A DNA stretch of 62,427 bases, filler included, from Actinomycetota bacterium (GCA_046725875.1; 4 parts of 4 records of this genome joined end to end with filler, not necessarily neighbours in it); one strand, 5' to 3'. Shown: positions 1-10,046, counted from the whole stretch's first letter. Made by a program: numbers and translations. The notes: generated by a model not told the origin, from the sequence alone.

Positions 1-8
1 AGTGCGAC

Positions 9-518
9 TTGCTGCCACACCTGGACCGGCTGTACTCCCTCGCGCTGCTCATGACGGGGAATACAAGCGACGCTGAAGATCTCGTCGAGAAGACGGTCAC
101 CGCCGCCTACGCCTCGCTCCCTCAGCCCCAGGCCGGCGCGGCCCGGAAGGCCCGGCTCTATCGCCTCCTCCTCACCGGCTACCGCCACAGCCCGCCCCCC
201 GAGACCCCACCCCTGGCCGCCGACGGGCCGGACCGGCCGCCCGCCGAGCCGAGCACCGGTTCCGGTCTAGGGGTGACGCTGACCGAGGCGCTGCACCGCC
301 TTCCCGATTCGGACATCAAGCACGCCCTCCATCAGCTCCCCGACGATATCCGGATCATGGTCTACCTAGCCGACGTCGAGGGCTACAGCCACACCGAGAT
401 CGCCGACATCACCGCAATCCCCACCGAGGCGGTGACCGCACGACTGCGCCGCGGCCGCCGCCAGCTGCGGGAACGCCTCCACACCTACGCCACCACACCC
501 ACCCCGGAGCCCGGATGA
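9..518 (+). CDS. ECF sigma-70 factor, divergent SigH/SigR-like; true start may lie before the window
   Basis: Region 2-like LDRLYSLALLMTGNTSDAEDLVE and region 4-like LPDSDIKHAL...VYLADVEGYSHTEIADI...RLRRGRRQLR. Confidence 0.8.
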   Translation: MLPHLDRLYSLALLMTGNTSDAEDLVEKTVTAAYASLPQPQAGAARKARLYRLLLTGYRHSPPPETPPLAADGPDRPPAEPSTGSGLGVTLTEALHRLPDSDIKHALHQLPDDIRIMVYLADVEGYSHTEIADITAIPTEAVTARLRRGRRQLRERLHTYATTPTPEPG

Positions 519-679
519 GCAGACCCAGCCTTCCTGTCGGCCGGCGCGGCCGCCCGCGATCGACCGCAGAACCAAGCAACGGCAAATGGATCGAAACCAG
601 CGTGTCAAGGCAGACAGCTCGCCCGACCGGTGACGGCCTAACCGATCCCGATCACGGCCACAACGAGCGGTCCGTCTCA

Positions 680-1027
680 ATGCAGCGGCGGCTCAACACC
701 CCACAACCCGATCGGCTGCCCGCCGCCATGGGCGAGGTCGAACGCCTGCTCGCCGCGTCCAGCGAAACGCCACCCAGCGACAACCTGGGCGGAATGCTCG
801 CGGACATCGGCCGTCGCATCGCCCAACACGGCGCAGCCGCCGAACCACGGATCCACCTGCTCGCTGACGCCGTACGCGCCACCAGCCCGATCGCAGCCGC
901 CGTACTCGCCTCCCCCACCGACCCCGACATCGCCCGCGCCCGGGCATTCCTCCACGTCGCACGCGCGGCCGCGCGGCTGCCCCAGCCACAACAAGACACC
1001 CTCGCAGCGGCGCTGGCCATGACGTGA
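680..1027 (+). CDS. hypothetical Ala-rich protein (start 680 or 728; ORF track extends it to 515)
   Basis: Open frame with protein-like helical composition; no recognised motif. Confidence 0.4.
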   Translation: MQRRLNTPQPDRLPAAMGEVERLLAASSETPPSDNLGGMLADIGRRIAQHGAAAEPRIHLLADAVRATSPIAAAVLASPTDPDIARARAFLHVARAAARLPQPQQDTLAAALAMT

Positions 1028-1529
1028 GGCTGCGGCCGCTGGCTCCCATCCGGAGCAGGTTCGCCGCTGGCCCACCGCGAAGCCGGACGACCTCTACCGT
1101 GGCGCCGGGCTCCTCCGCGCCGAAAGGGCCGTGCGAACAGCGGTTCGCCCGAGTCCGTCGTGGTGATCGTCCACGTGTTCCCGTACGCGAGCTCGACCGT
1201 CGAGTCCTTCTTCTGGGATTCGCAGTCGACTCGTTGCAGTCTGCCCAGTAGATCATGCTTGCCGGCGAGCGGTTAGGTGTACTCGCTGCCCATCGCAGGA
1301 GGGTCGGCGTCCCCGCGCCATACCCGCTGGATTGTCGCCGGTGAGCCGCACCATGTCGGGCGGCAGCGGATCGTTGATGTATGCCATCACCTGCTCAGCG
1401 CGCTCCGCATCACTCTCGGCCCGTCGAGATGGACGTCGCTGGCGTGGGCCGAGATGGTCGTGATCACCTCCCAGTGGCAGCACGAACGCCTACGCTGCGT
1501 CCACAGCAGCGGCTCACCGGTGGTCGAGC

Positions 1530-1600
1530 GAGTGGATCGCGCCGGTCGAGCTCGGCATTCACCAGTGGCGCTACGTCGACCCCGTGGACCAGAAGGTTCC
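1530..1600 (-). pseudogene. short relic of a pentapeptide/DinB-family gene
   Basis: NLLVHGVDVAPLVNAELDRRDP resembles the NGVDVAPLVEAELDRR segment of actinobacterial DinB-family proteins; flanks unrelated. Confidence 0.35.
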
Positions 1601-1782
1601 GCTTTGGTCGTCTCCCGCCAGACCCTCGCCGTGGCCTCCGACAGGCCGGCATCGCCGCGCGAGCATCCCGCCCGGGGGCGGATAACAGCTGCGCCTACCT
1701 CTGTCTCGAGCGGATCCCGACACTCTGAGAGAACGGGCCGGCTCACTCGCAAGGCCATTGCTGTCGAGCGGTCTGGCGGTGC

Positions 1783-3045
1783 TTAGTCGAGAACGGCGAT
1801 CCGCTCGTCGGCCACCACGCTTGGGGTTGAGAAGCGGCGGAGCCCGGGCGTTCTCATGCCGATCACGACTACCGCGGCGACGCAGAGCAGTCCGCCGCTG
1901 ACGAGGGCAGCGCGACCTGAGGTCGCATCCGCGACCAGGCCGCCCCGCATGTTGCCGACGTCGGGGCCCGCTTGCCCGACGATCTGCTCGGCTGCTGCGA
2001 CTCGCCCCCGTAGCTCGTCAGGCGTGTGCAATTGAACGATAGTGCTGCGGGACACCACCGATACCGTGTCCGCAGCGCCCGCCATGAGCAGGAAGGACAG
2101 CCCGAGCCAGGGGTTCGGCGCGACGCCGAACAGCGCGACGGCCACACCCCAGACAGCTGATCCGACCAGCATGACCGCACCGGGACGGGTCGACCGCGTG
2201 AACGCCCCGGAGAAGGTTGATGCGATCACCCCACCGGCCGCGATCGCGGTGAGGAAGAGGCCGAGAGTACGCGGGTCGTTGTCGAAGCGCTCGGCATTGA
2301 TCAGCGGAAAGAGGCTGATCGGAAACGAAAACACCGTGGTCGCAAGGTCAGTGAGCAGCGCACCTCGGACCGCTGGATGGCGCAGCAAGAAGCTGACACC
2401 GTCGACCACACCGCACAGTCCCCGTCGGGCCGGCTTACCCTCCGGACGCATGGTCGGCAGTCCGAAAGCGCCGTAGAAGGCGAAGACAAAGGTGTTGGCA
2501 TCGACCAAATAGCAGACTCCGACACCGCGCCAGCCGAGAATCAGACCGCCAATGGCGGGCCCCACCAGCATCGCGACCTGGAACGTTATCCGGTTCAGAG
2601 CCAGGCCGGCCGCGACCTGACGCGCCGGAAGAAGTCGCGGGATGAAGGTACGAAACGCAGGCGCACCACCTGCACCGAAGCACGCTTGCGCTGCTACGAG
2701 CGACAGGACTCCGAGCACGGGCAGATGCCCGAGGAGGCCTTGTACCGCGAGGAGCATCGAGCACGTGGCCTGGCCGGTCGTGGTGACCAAGTAGACCTTC
2801 CGCCGGTCGCGTCGATCGGTGACCGATCCGGCGAAGAGCCCGAACACGACGAGTGGGATGGTCCGTGCCAGGCCCACCGCGCCGGTCCAGACAGTGCTAT
2901 CGGTCATCTGCCAGACCTGGTACATCACCGCAATGAGCGTCATCTGGCCGCCGAACTCTGAGAACGCCCGACCGATCCATAGCCGCCGGAATGCGGGTGA
3001 CGTATGCAGTGGGCCGAGATCGACGAAGGCGTTGCTCACGCCCAT
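1783..3045 (-). CDS. MFS transporter (EntS/DHA3-like)
   Basis: 420 aa, about 12 hydrophobic segments, GSVTDRRDRRK motif A, TPDELRGRV. Confidence 0.92.
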   Translation of the reverse strand: MGVSNAFVDLGPLHTSPAFRRLWIGRAFSEFGGQMTLIAVMYQVWQMTDSTVWTGAVGLARTIPLVVFGLFAGSVTDRRDRRKVYLVTTTGQATCSMLLAVQGLLGHLPVLGVLSLVAAQACFGAGGAPAFRTFIPRLLPARQVAAGLALNRITFQVAMLVGPAIGGLILGWRGVGVCYLVDANTFVFAFYGAFGLPTMRPEGKPARRGLCGVVDGVSFLLRHPAVRGALLTDLATTVFSFPISLFPLINAERFDNDPRTLGLFLTAIAAGGVIASTFSGAFTRSTRPGAVMLVGSAVWGVAVALFGVAPNPWLGLSFLLMAGAADTVSVVSRSTIVQLHTPDELRGRVAAAEQIVGQAGPDVGNMRGGLVADATSGRAALVSGGLLCVAAVVVIGMRTPGLRRFSTPSVVADERIAVLD

Positions 3046-3536
3046 GCGTCGTCAGCTGCCAGTTTCTTGGCGATGCGATCGTGGAAGCTTTTGCGCTGAA
3101 GCGCTTCCTCGATATCCGTGACCACCCGACTCAGTGGATAAGGGATCTCGGTCTCGATCTCGCAGATCGCTGCCTCGGTCGCTCGCCACTCGGCAGCCAA
3201 CCGACCTGCCATCCGCTTGGCCCTGGTCGTGAGGGCGACCTTCTTGCTGCGCGCATCCGGGCCCGGCATGGTCCGCACGAGGCCGACGCTCCGCATCGCG
3301 GCCACCTTCTGGCTCGTGGCCGAGTGGGTTCGCTGGACCGACTCGGCGAGCTGAGTGATCGTCATCGGGCCACGAGCGTTCAGCCGCAGCAACTCCATCA
3401 CGAAGCTCGGCTTCAGCCCTTCGATCCGCGCCTCGGTGTAGAGCCGGGCGACGTCCGCATCCATCGCGGCCTGCAACAACCGCAGCCCACGCCAACGGCT
3501 CTCTTCGGTCGGGTCGGGCTCAGCGAATCTGGTCAT
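3036..3536 (-). CDS. MarR-family transcriptional regulator
   Basis: wHTH GPMTITQLAESVQRTHSATSQKV...GPDARSKKVALT; overlaps the MFS start. Confidence 0.9.
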   Translation of the reverse strand: MTRFAEPDPTEESRWRGLRLLQAAMDADVARLYTEARIEGLKPSFVMELLRLNARGPMTITQLAESVQRTHSATSQKVAAMRSVGLVRTMPGPDARSKKVALTTRAKRMAGRLAAEWRATEAAICEIETEIPYPLSRVVTDIEEALQRKSFHDRIAKKLAADDAWA

Positions 3537-3544
3537 AGCTAAAC

Positions 3545-3574
3545 TATAACAGCACTTATATAAGTACTGTTATA
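3545..3574. promoter_or_regulatory. 30-bp palindromic operator over the leaderless marR promoter
   Basis: TATAACAGCACTTAT|ATAAGTACTGTTATA, 14 of 15 pairs; minus-strand TATAGT lies 6 nt before the ATG. Confidence 0.75.
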
Positions 3575-3848
3575 ACTATAGCGGTCCCCCACCAGACCGA
3601 GCCGGTGCCGCCTTCATCGGTCGCCATCGTCCCTTGGACCGCGGGCTCACCGGTCGCCGTCGCTTGCGCTCGACCAGTGGATCGTCCCCGCCTCGGCGAA
3701 GGGCTGCGGCGGCCGAGCTCCCCGCTAGCGAGCGGGCAGGCATCGCCCTGGACGGCCGTTGGCACCAGCAATCGGCTCCCACCGAGCAGCGAGCGGGGGT
3801 TGCCCTACCCGTGGCGTGGCGGACATCGGCTGGGCACCTGTGCTGCCG

Positions 3849-3978
3849 GTAGCCGGCGTTGCACAACGCCTCGGCGTCGGGCGTCGATCAACATCTCGGC
3901 GAACAGCCCCAGCATGTCCCGCAATAGATCGGGACTGGCCTGCTCCAAGCGCTGCCTCACCCAACCCAGCAGATCCTG
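3849..3978 (-). mobile_element. IS256-family transposase 5' remnant, frameshifted
   Basis: DLLGWVRQRLEQASPDLLRDMLGLFAEMLIDA then +1 shift to DAEALCNAGY, like the IS256/IS1081-type N-terminus ASPDLLR...ADALCxAxY. Confidence 0.65.
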
Positions 3979-4210
3979 TCCACACTTCCCGGTGATTTGT
4001 GGCCCCCGGCGACTTCACGGAGAGGAGACCGAACCGCCCATCCCGCGGCAGGACCTCCGGCCGATGTCGGTTTCGAGTCAGCCAACGTCACATGACGATC
4101 CCGCAGACGCCGACTGAAGGACGCGCCAATTGCGGCAGGAGCGGAAGGGCGGCATGCCTAGACTGCCAAGTGTTCAGGGCTGACCCGGAGGCTCTTCAAG
4201 AGGGAATGTC

Positions 4211-4786
4211 ATGAGCGAGTACACGATCAGACCACTAGGAACCGAGACCTGGGATGCCTTTGTCCACTTGTGCGAGAAGCACAACGGCGTGTGGGGCGGG
4301 TGTTGGTGCACGTGGTTCCATCCAGCCTGCGCGGAGAAGGGCAAGGGTCCTGACCGCAACCGCGCATACAAGGAGCGTCTGGTCCGAGAGGGCAAGGCGC
4401 ATGCTGCCTTGGTTTTCGACGGTGCTGTCGCGGTGGGTTGGTGTGAGTACGGGACGCCGGAGGAACTGCCGGGCATCTATCACAAGAGGGAGTACGAGGC
4501 TGGCCTCGAGTCCTTGCCCGACTACCGCCTCACATGCTTCTTCGTGGACCGGAACCACCGCCGCAGGGGGGTGGCCGCCGTCGCCCTCACTGGAGCACTG
4601 AACTTGATCGCGACCGCGGGTGGCGGAGTTGTGGAGGCATACCCGCAGGACACGCAGGGGAAGAAGACTTCGGCCTCGTTTCTCTACAACGGCACCCGCA
4701 GCCTGTTCGAACGGGCTGGCTTCGAATATGAGCGCCCCAAGGGCAAGAGCCATTGCGTGATGCGCAAGGTAGTCCCTCCCAATTAG
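4211..4786 (+). CDS. GNAT N-acetyltransferase
   Basis: GGCWCTWFH, TCFFVDRNHRRRGVA acetyl-CoA motif, VEAYP; AGAGGG RBS. Confidence 0.9.
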   Translation: MSEYTIRPLGTETWDAFVHLCEKHNGVWGGCWCTWFHPACAEKGKGPDRNRAYKERLVREGKAHAALVFDGAVAVGWCEYGTPEELPGIYHKREYEAGLESLPDYRLTCFFVDRNHRRRGVAAVALTGALNLIATAGGGVVEAYPQDTQGKKTSASFLYNGTRSLFERAGFEYERPKGKSHCVMRKVVPPN

Positions 4787-4966
4787 CGCTAGAGGATGCG
4801 ACGCCCGCTCGGTGGCTATCGAGTGCAGGGAGAGCGTTCACTGCCAGTGTCAGCAATGCCGAAAAGCATGCTCCCAAACGGGATTCCCGGTCTTCCCTTT
4901 CAATAAAAGGGGCCACCGCCGAGGCGCGTTGGCCCAGGCGGTGACCGCGTCCGAGTCCCGGTTACA

Positions 4967-5404
4967 TCACCGCTCGGCGGTGACGTGCTCATGCTGCTCG
5001 GTCGGTGCCGCCGCACGGCGCCTGCCCAGGCCGGCCGTGGCGAAGGGTCCGCTCGGCCGCGCCGACTCCGTTTCATCGGCTGACTGCGAAGCGCGCAACC
5101 GCTCCCGCTCTGCTTCCAGCTGCTCGCGTTCGCGCGCGAGCTCGGCGTGCTCGCGGTCGCGGTCCCTACGAATCGCCCGCATCTGACGCCGTCGCATCGT
5201 GTTCTGCCGCGCTCCGACCAGACCCATCCACGCAGCGAGGGCTACAGCCAGGCCACAGGCAGCGCCTGCGGCAAAGACCTCAGGTACGGACGCGCTGATG
5301 GTTTCATCGAAGATGTCGAAAACGACGTCCCCTTCGGCACCGACGATCACGCCCGCCGTAACGGCGCCGACCGCGGCCAGGAGTAGCACCGCGATCACAA
5401 TCAT
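4967..5404 (-). CDS. membrane protein with two TM segments and a coiled-coil tail
   Basis: Hydrophobic N-terminus, second TM, R/E-rich coil; GAGGAGG RBS. Confidence 0.7.
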   Translation of the reverse strand: MIVIAVLLLAAVGAVTAGVIVGAEGDVVFDIFDETISASVPEVFAAGAACGLAVALAAWMGLVGARQNTMRRRQMRAIRRDRDREHAELAREREQLEAERERLRASQSADETESARPSGPFATAGLGRRRAAAPTEQHEHVTAER

Positions 5405-5527
5405 GAGGACCTCCTCAGCCCGAGGGATGGCCTCTTCGGCCGTCCATAATGCGGTTGACTAGGTCGTGCTACCCATCTCGTCGTCGTTCAGCCATCCATA
5501 CTCCGCGGCGCAGCAGGACTCGCGAAG

Positions 5528-6406
5528 TCAGCCAGCCGAGATCGATGCGGCGTAGTCGGGCACATATGTCTGCATCTCTCGCGGCGGCCGCTCATAGCCC
5601 TTCGATGGTGGACGAGGGGGAAGGTCAAACGGTGGTCGCTGCACCTCGTAGTACGGAAGCGTCGAGAGCAGGTGAGCGATCATGTTGATTCGCGCAGCTC
5701 GCTTGTCCTCGCTCATCACCACGTACCACGGCGCCTCGGGAATGTCGGTGTACAGGAACATCTCGTCCTTGGCTCGCGAGTAATCCTCCCAGCGGCTGAT
5801 CGATTCCAGATCCATGGGCGAGAGCTTCCATCGCCGCATCGGATCCTCCAGTCTGCGCCGAAAACGGGTCTCCTGCTCGGCGTCGCTAACCGAGAACCAG
5901 TACTTCCTCAGCAGGATGCCGTCCTCGACGATCAGACGCTCGAGGATCGGGCATTGATGGAGGAAGCGCATGTACTCCTCCTTCGTGCAGAAGCCCATGA
6001 CCCGTTCGACACCGGCACGGTTGTACCAACTTCGATCGAACAGCACGATCTCGCCGGCGGCGGGTAGCTGCTCGATATAGCGCTGGAAGTACCACTCCGA
6101 CCGCTGCCGCTCGGTAGGCGCGGGAAGCGCGACGATCCGCGCAACACGGGGATTCAAGTACTGCGTCACGCGCTTGATCGTGCTGCCCTTGCCAGCCGCG
6201 TCCCGTCCCTCGAAGACCACGACCAGCCGGGCGCCTGCAGTGCGTACCCACTCCTGCAGCTTCACCAGCTCGGCCTGAAGACGAAGGAGCTCCTTCTCGT
6301 AGAGCTTCTTCGGCATCGAAACCGGCCGTTGGCCATCGACCTGCGTGGCCGGCGCTACCGCTCGGCCCTGCTTCACGTTCTTGGCACGCTTCGTCTTGCC
6401 TGTCAT
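5528..6406 (-). CDS. ppk2: polyphosphate kinase 2
   Basis: FEGRDAAGKG Walker A, FDRSWYNRAGVERVMGFC, WKLSPMD. Confidence 0.96.
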   Translation of the reverse strand: MTGKTKRAKNVKQGRAVAPATQVDGQRPVSMPKKLYEKELLRLQAELVKLQEWVRTAGARLVVVFEGRDAAGKGSTIKRVTQYLNPRVARIVALPAPTERQRSEWYFQRYIEQLPAAGEIVLFDRSWYNRAGVERVMGFCTKEEYMRFLHQCPILERLIVEDGILLRKYWFSVSDAEQETRFRRRLEDPMRRWKLSPMDLESISRWEDYSRAKDEMFLYTDIPEAPWYVVMSEDKRAARINMIAHLLSTLPYYEVQRPPFDLPPRPPSKGYERPPREMQTYVPDYAASISAG

Positions 6407-7008
6407 CTGCGGCCGCCAGCCGCGCTGGCAATGCCCGCGCGAAGCGCCACCACCTCGGCGCGCACGTCGTCGGCCAACTCCCTAGCCATCGGGCGCGACA
6501 CTGAGGCCAGCGCGTCCGACGCCGCAGCCTGGATCTGCCGGGCAGCCGACAGCACCTCATTGATCTCGAGGCCGGGGTGCTCCAGCCGGGCACCGGCTAC
6601 CGCGGACCGCTGCCAGATGGCCATGGAACAGTCGGCGCTGCCGGCTGCCCGTCGCAGGCGCTGGCACAGCCCGTCCAGATCCCCGGTCGGCGCGCCGCCA
6701 CGGTGAGCCGCCGCCACCGCATGCTCGGCCGCGCGCACCGCACCCCACAGCTCCCGGCGAGCTCTGGCACCGCCCCACCAGCGGCGATCTGGCAGCGGCA
6801 GCGACCATATCCAACGCGAACCGGCGCCGCCGACCGGCCGAGCGCCGCGGGCCGGGCCGGTCAGTAGCAGCCTCAACCATTCCAGGCGGCGCCGCACGAG
6901 CCGCCGCAGCCACCACACCCCGAGAGCTATCACCGTGAGCAGCACGGTTCCGGCAAGCACGGCAGCGGCGACCAGCTCAGCAGTGCGCAGGGCAAGAGAT
7001 GAGCCCAT
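6403..7008 (-). CDS. hypothetical membrane-anchored protein, coupled to ppk2
   Basis: N-terminal TM; ATGA overlap with the ppk2 start. Confidence 0.6.
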   Translation of the reverse strand: MGSSLALRTAELVAAAVLAGTVLLTVIALGVWWLRRLVRRRLEWLRLLLTGPARGARPVGGAGSRWIWSLPLPDRRWWGGARARRELWGAVRAAEHAVAAAHRGGAPTGDLDGLCQRLRRAAGSADCSMAIWQRSAVAGARLEHPGLEINEVLSAARQIQAAASDALASVSRPMARELADDVRAEVVALRAGIASAAGGRR

Positions 7009-7160
7009 TCCCAGACCCCTTTCCAGCAGTTGGTGGTCTCAATTGTGGTCTGCCTCGTTCCGCAAGGTTCGGTGGCGTCCGGTGTGGCCTGCAGGAACGC
7101 CTACCTGCCCGCCACCGGGGGCTGATCACGGCACATTACGGGCCGGTTTAGCATCGGCCC

Positions 7161-7877
7161 GTGGCTGAGATGGTGGACCGCCCGGCGGATATGGATGATC
7201 GCCGCGTCGCGCTAGTCACGGGCGGAAACCGGGGGATCGGCCGGGAGGTCGCTCGGAAGCTCTCCGGCGAAGGCTTTCGAACGATCCTGACTGCTCGAGA
7301 CGAGGTGCGAGGGCGAGCAGCCGCCAACGAGCTCGGCTCCGAGTTCGTTCAGCTCGATGTGTCCGAGGATGCAAGCGTCGACGGGTGTTTCCGGCTTGTG
7401 GACGAGCGATACGGCCGGCTCGATGTACTCGTAAACAACGCCGCCATCCATTACGACACGTGGCAGCGCGGGGTCAACGCCGACCTTGCCGTCGTCCGGG
7501 AGGCCTTCGAGACGAACCTGTTCGGATCCTGGCGCTGCTGCCGGCTCGCCATCCCGCTGATGCGACGGACTCGGTGGGGCCGCATTGTGAACGTCTCGAG
7601 TGAGGCCGGCTCGTTGACCTCGATGAGCGGCGGCACCCCCGCGTACGCCATCTCCAAGGCGGCGGTGAACGCCCTTACCAGGGTGCTTGCCGCAGAATTG
7701 GCAGGCACCGGGATCCTCGTGAACGCCGTCTGTCCTGGGTGGATCGCCTCCGACATGGGCGGTCCGGGCGGCCAGCCACTTGAGGTGGGAGCCGCGAGGG
7801 TCATCTGGGCGGTCCTGCTCCCGGACGACGGCCCGACCGGAGGCTTCTTCCGCGATGGAAGGCAGCTTCCTTGGTGA
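7161..7877 (+). CDS. short-chain dehydrogenase/reductase (carbonyl reductase-like)
   Basis: TGGNRGIG, NNAA, YAISK, DGPTGGFF. Confidence 0.93.
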   Translation: MAEMVDRPADMDDRRVALVTGGNRGIGREVARKLSGEGFRTILTARDEVRGRAAANELGSEFVQLDVSEDASVDGCFRLVDERYGRLDVLVNNAAIHYDTWQRGVNADLAVVREAFETNLFGSWRCCRLAIPLMRRTRWGRIVNVSSEAGSLTSMSGGTPAYAISKAAVNALTRVLAAELAGTGILVNAVCPGWIASDMGGPGGQPLEVGAARVIWAVLLPDDGPTGGFFRDGRQLPW

Positions 7878-8009
7878 CCTACCTGCCGAGAAACCCAATG
7901 ATGGCCGGTCGCCCATGGTGGGAGGCACTTCGTCATTCCCGGCCAGCGAGGCTCGCCAACCTTCGGCGCCTGTCAATGCGTCTTCGAGGAGAGGCGCACG
8001 GGAGGACCA

Positions 8010-8558
8010 GTGGCTGATCGGGCTGACTACGACGAATTCGTCGCGGCGCGATCGCGGCACCTCCTGCGCATCGCATTCATCCTCACCCGCAACGTCGCGA
8101 GCGCGGAAGACCTTGTCCAGGATGCGCTGGTAAAGGCGTGGTTTGCATGGCCGCGGATTGAGTCGAATCCCGAGGCCTACGTGCGCCGCGTCCTCTTTCG
8201 TACCTTCATATCGAACCTTCGCCGGCGGTCCACCCAGGAGACGACCGTCGAGGTGCTTCCGGAGGATGGTCAACTGACAACCGATGTCGCGGTCAGTGTC
8301 GCGACACGCCTCGCTCTCTGGGAGGCGCTCGGACGGCTGCCACGTAAGCAACGTGCCCTGGTGGTCCTTCGCTACTTCGAAGACCTCACAGAGGTGCAGA
8401 CGGCCGACCTCCTCGGCGTCTCCGTCGGAACCGTGAAAAGTCAAACCAGCCGAGCGCTCGCTCGCCTGCGCATCGACCCAACCCTCGTCGACCGATCACC
8501 CGATGCCGCCCCTAACTCGATCAAGCACAAGGAGCGTCCGCATGCCCACGGAGCATGA
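8010..8558 (+). CDS. ECF sigma factor, SigE-family
   Basis: AEDLVQDALVKAW, PEAYVRR, LVVLRYFEDLTEVQTADLLGVSVGTVKSQTSRAL; GGAGG RBS. Confidence 0.92.
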   Translation: MADRADYDEFVAARSRHLLRIAFILTRNVASAEDLVQDALVKAWFAWPRIESNPEAYVRRVLFRTFISNLRRRSTQETTVEVLPEDGQLTTDVAVSVATRLALWEALGRLPRKQRALVVLRYFEDLTEVQTADLLGVSVGTVKSQTSRALARLRIDPTLVDRSPDAAPNSIKHKERPHAHGA

Positions 8559-9261
8559 CCTGCGGCAGTCGCTCGACTACGTCGCCTCACAAGTCCACCA
8601 AGACGTCGATCTGGCGCGACTGCACAAACAAATCCGACGGCGGCGTCGCCGCCGCCATGCCGCTGCTGCGGTGGCGATCGCGGTCACGGTGTCGGCGTCG
8701 GCGCTTGCCGTTCAGTCGCTCGGTGCATTGGACTCCCCCGACTCCCAGGAGGCCGCGCCCAGCGGGAGTCATTCGGTGACGGCGGGTGCCACGACGCCCA
8801 CGCCGACCGTCAAGGTAACCGGCTCGTCGTGGATCCCTGGATACCGGACAGTCAAGGAACGGGAATACGGCTACTCACTGGACTACCGGGAGTCGACCGA
8901 GATCCACTTCTCGTTCCGCCTTCGTAGTCAGGACGAGGCGGTCGCCATAACGATGGACAAGGAGAGCGCATCGGGAACATTCCTGCATTGCGAGCTGATG
9001 GTCAACGGCCGGAATCTGGGCAGGTGCAGCGACATCGCCACGAGGGGCGAATTGCTGAACTCGGACGGGACCCAGCTGATCGGCGACCCTTTTGTCATCC
9101 AAGATCTTTCCCGGAGACTCGGTTGGGCCGACCTCGGCATAGCTCCAGGCGATCAAGTGCGGGTGAGGTTCGTTGTCGAATACATCACGCCCGCTCCGTC
9201 GTATAAACCCCAGCACACAAGCGGGACGCTGACCGTCGGTGTCTACGAACCGGCCGAATAA
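8542..9261 (+). CDS. single-pass membrane protein, probable partner/anti-sigma of the upstream ECF
   Basis: EHDLRQSL...RRRRRRR then TM then extracytoplasmic domain; AAGGAG RBS; overlaps the sigma gene end. Confidence 0.7.
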   Translation: MPTEHDLRQSLDYVASQVHQDVDLARLHKQIRRRRRRRHAAAAVAIAVTVSASALAVQSLGALDSPDSQEAAPSGSHSVTAGATTPTPTVKVTGSSWIPGYRTVKEREYGYSLDYRESTEIHFSFRLRSQDEAVAITMDKESASGTFLHCELMVNGRNLGRCSDIATRGELLNSDGTQLIGDPFVIQDLSRRLGWADLGIAPGDQVRVRFVVEYITPAPSYKPQHTSGTLTVGVYEPAE

Positions 9262-9528
9262 AAGCCGCACTGGGCTGGCGGCCGGAGGCGTTGACGCTGG
9301 TCCAGTCCAACACTTCGGATCTGGCTCTGTTACTGGGCCAGCCGTCCATCACAAGCTCGAGACTGTGACCGATGTTCTGAACGCCGCTCCCCGGTGCGGC
9401 CGAGGTCGATTTCCGGCCGGCTCGGAACGGGGAGCGGACCACTGCGGTGCTGACCGGTCCCCTGGTCCATCCGGTCCGCCGGTCGTAGCGTCCCGGCGGC
9501 GCGAGCCGCCGGGACCTGCGTCGTCTCG

Positions 9529-9815
9529 CTAGGCCTCCTGGGCTTGCTTCCTGCGGACCTCGGTGGCCTCCTCCACCGCGAACGAGCCGTACCTAATGTC
9601 GCCCTCCCGTTGATAACGAACGGCGATCACACCTGTGGTCGACGTCTCGAGGTCGACCACCTGAAGGCCCCCGGGGATGGTCCCGTCACCGAACAGCCGC
9701 TTCCCGGTGCCAAGTACGACCGGGAACGTCATCAGCGAGAACTCGTCCACCAGGTCGTTCTCGAGCAGCGTCTGTACGAGGTTCCCGCTGCCGTGCACCT
9801 GGATCTCCGGGTCCA
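9529..9815 (-). pseudogene. C-terminal half of a dihydrofolate reductase/RibD-C family gene
   Basis: EIQVHGSGNLVQTLLENDLVDEFSLMTFPVVLGTGKRLF present; N-terminal SLDG region absent. Confidence 0.75.
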
Positions 9816-10046
9816 AGCAACCACTGTTCAAGTCGGCTGCAGTGCGGGTCGTCAAGCTCGCCGATTCGGGTGGCGTGCCGGCGCCCGCACCCACCACCAC
9901 GGGCGCAGGGCGGAACAGCCGATACTCGGCAGCCAGTAATCCGGGCGACGCCGCTGCGTGTGGACGCCTAACCGGCCGCGAGCCCGATATGCGCGCGAAC
10001 GATCAGTGGAGCGCGCTAAGTCTGGCCAGACTGGGGGACGGTGCAG

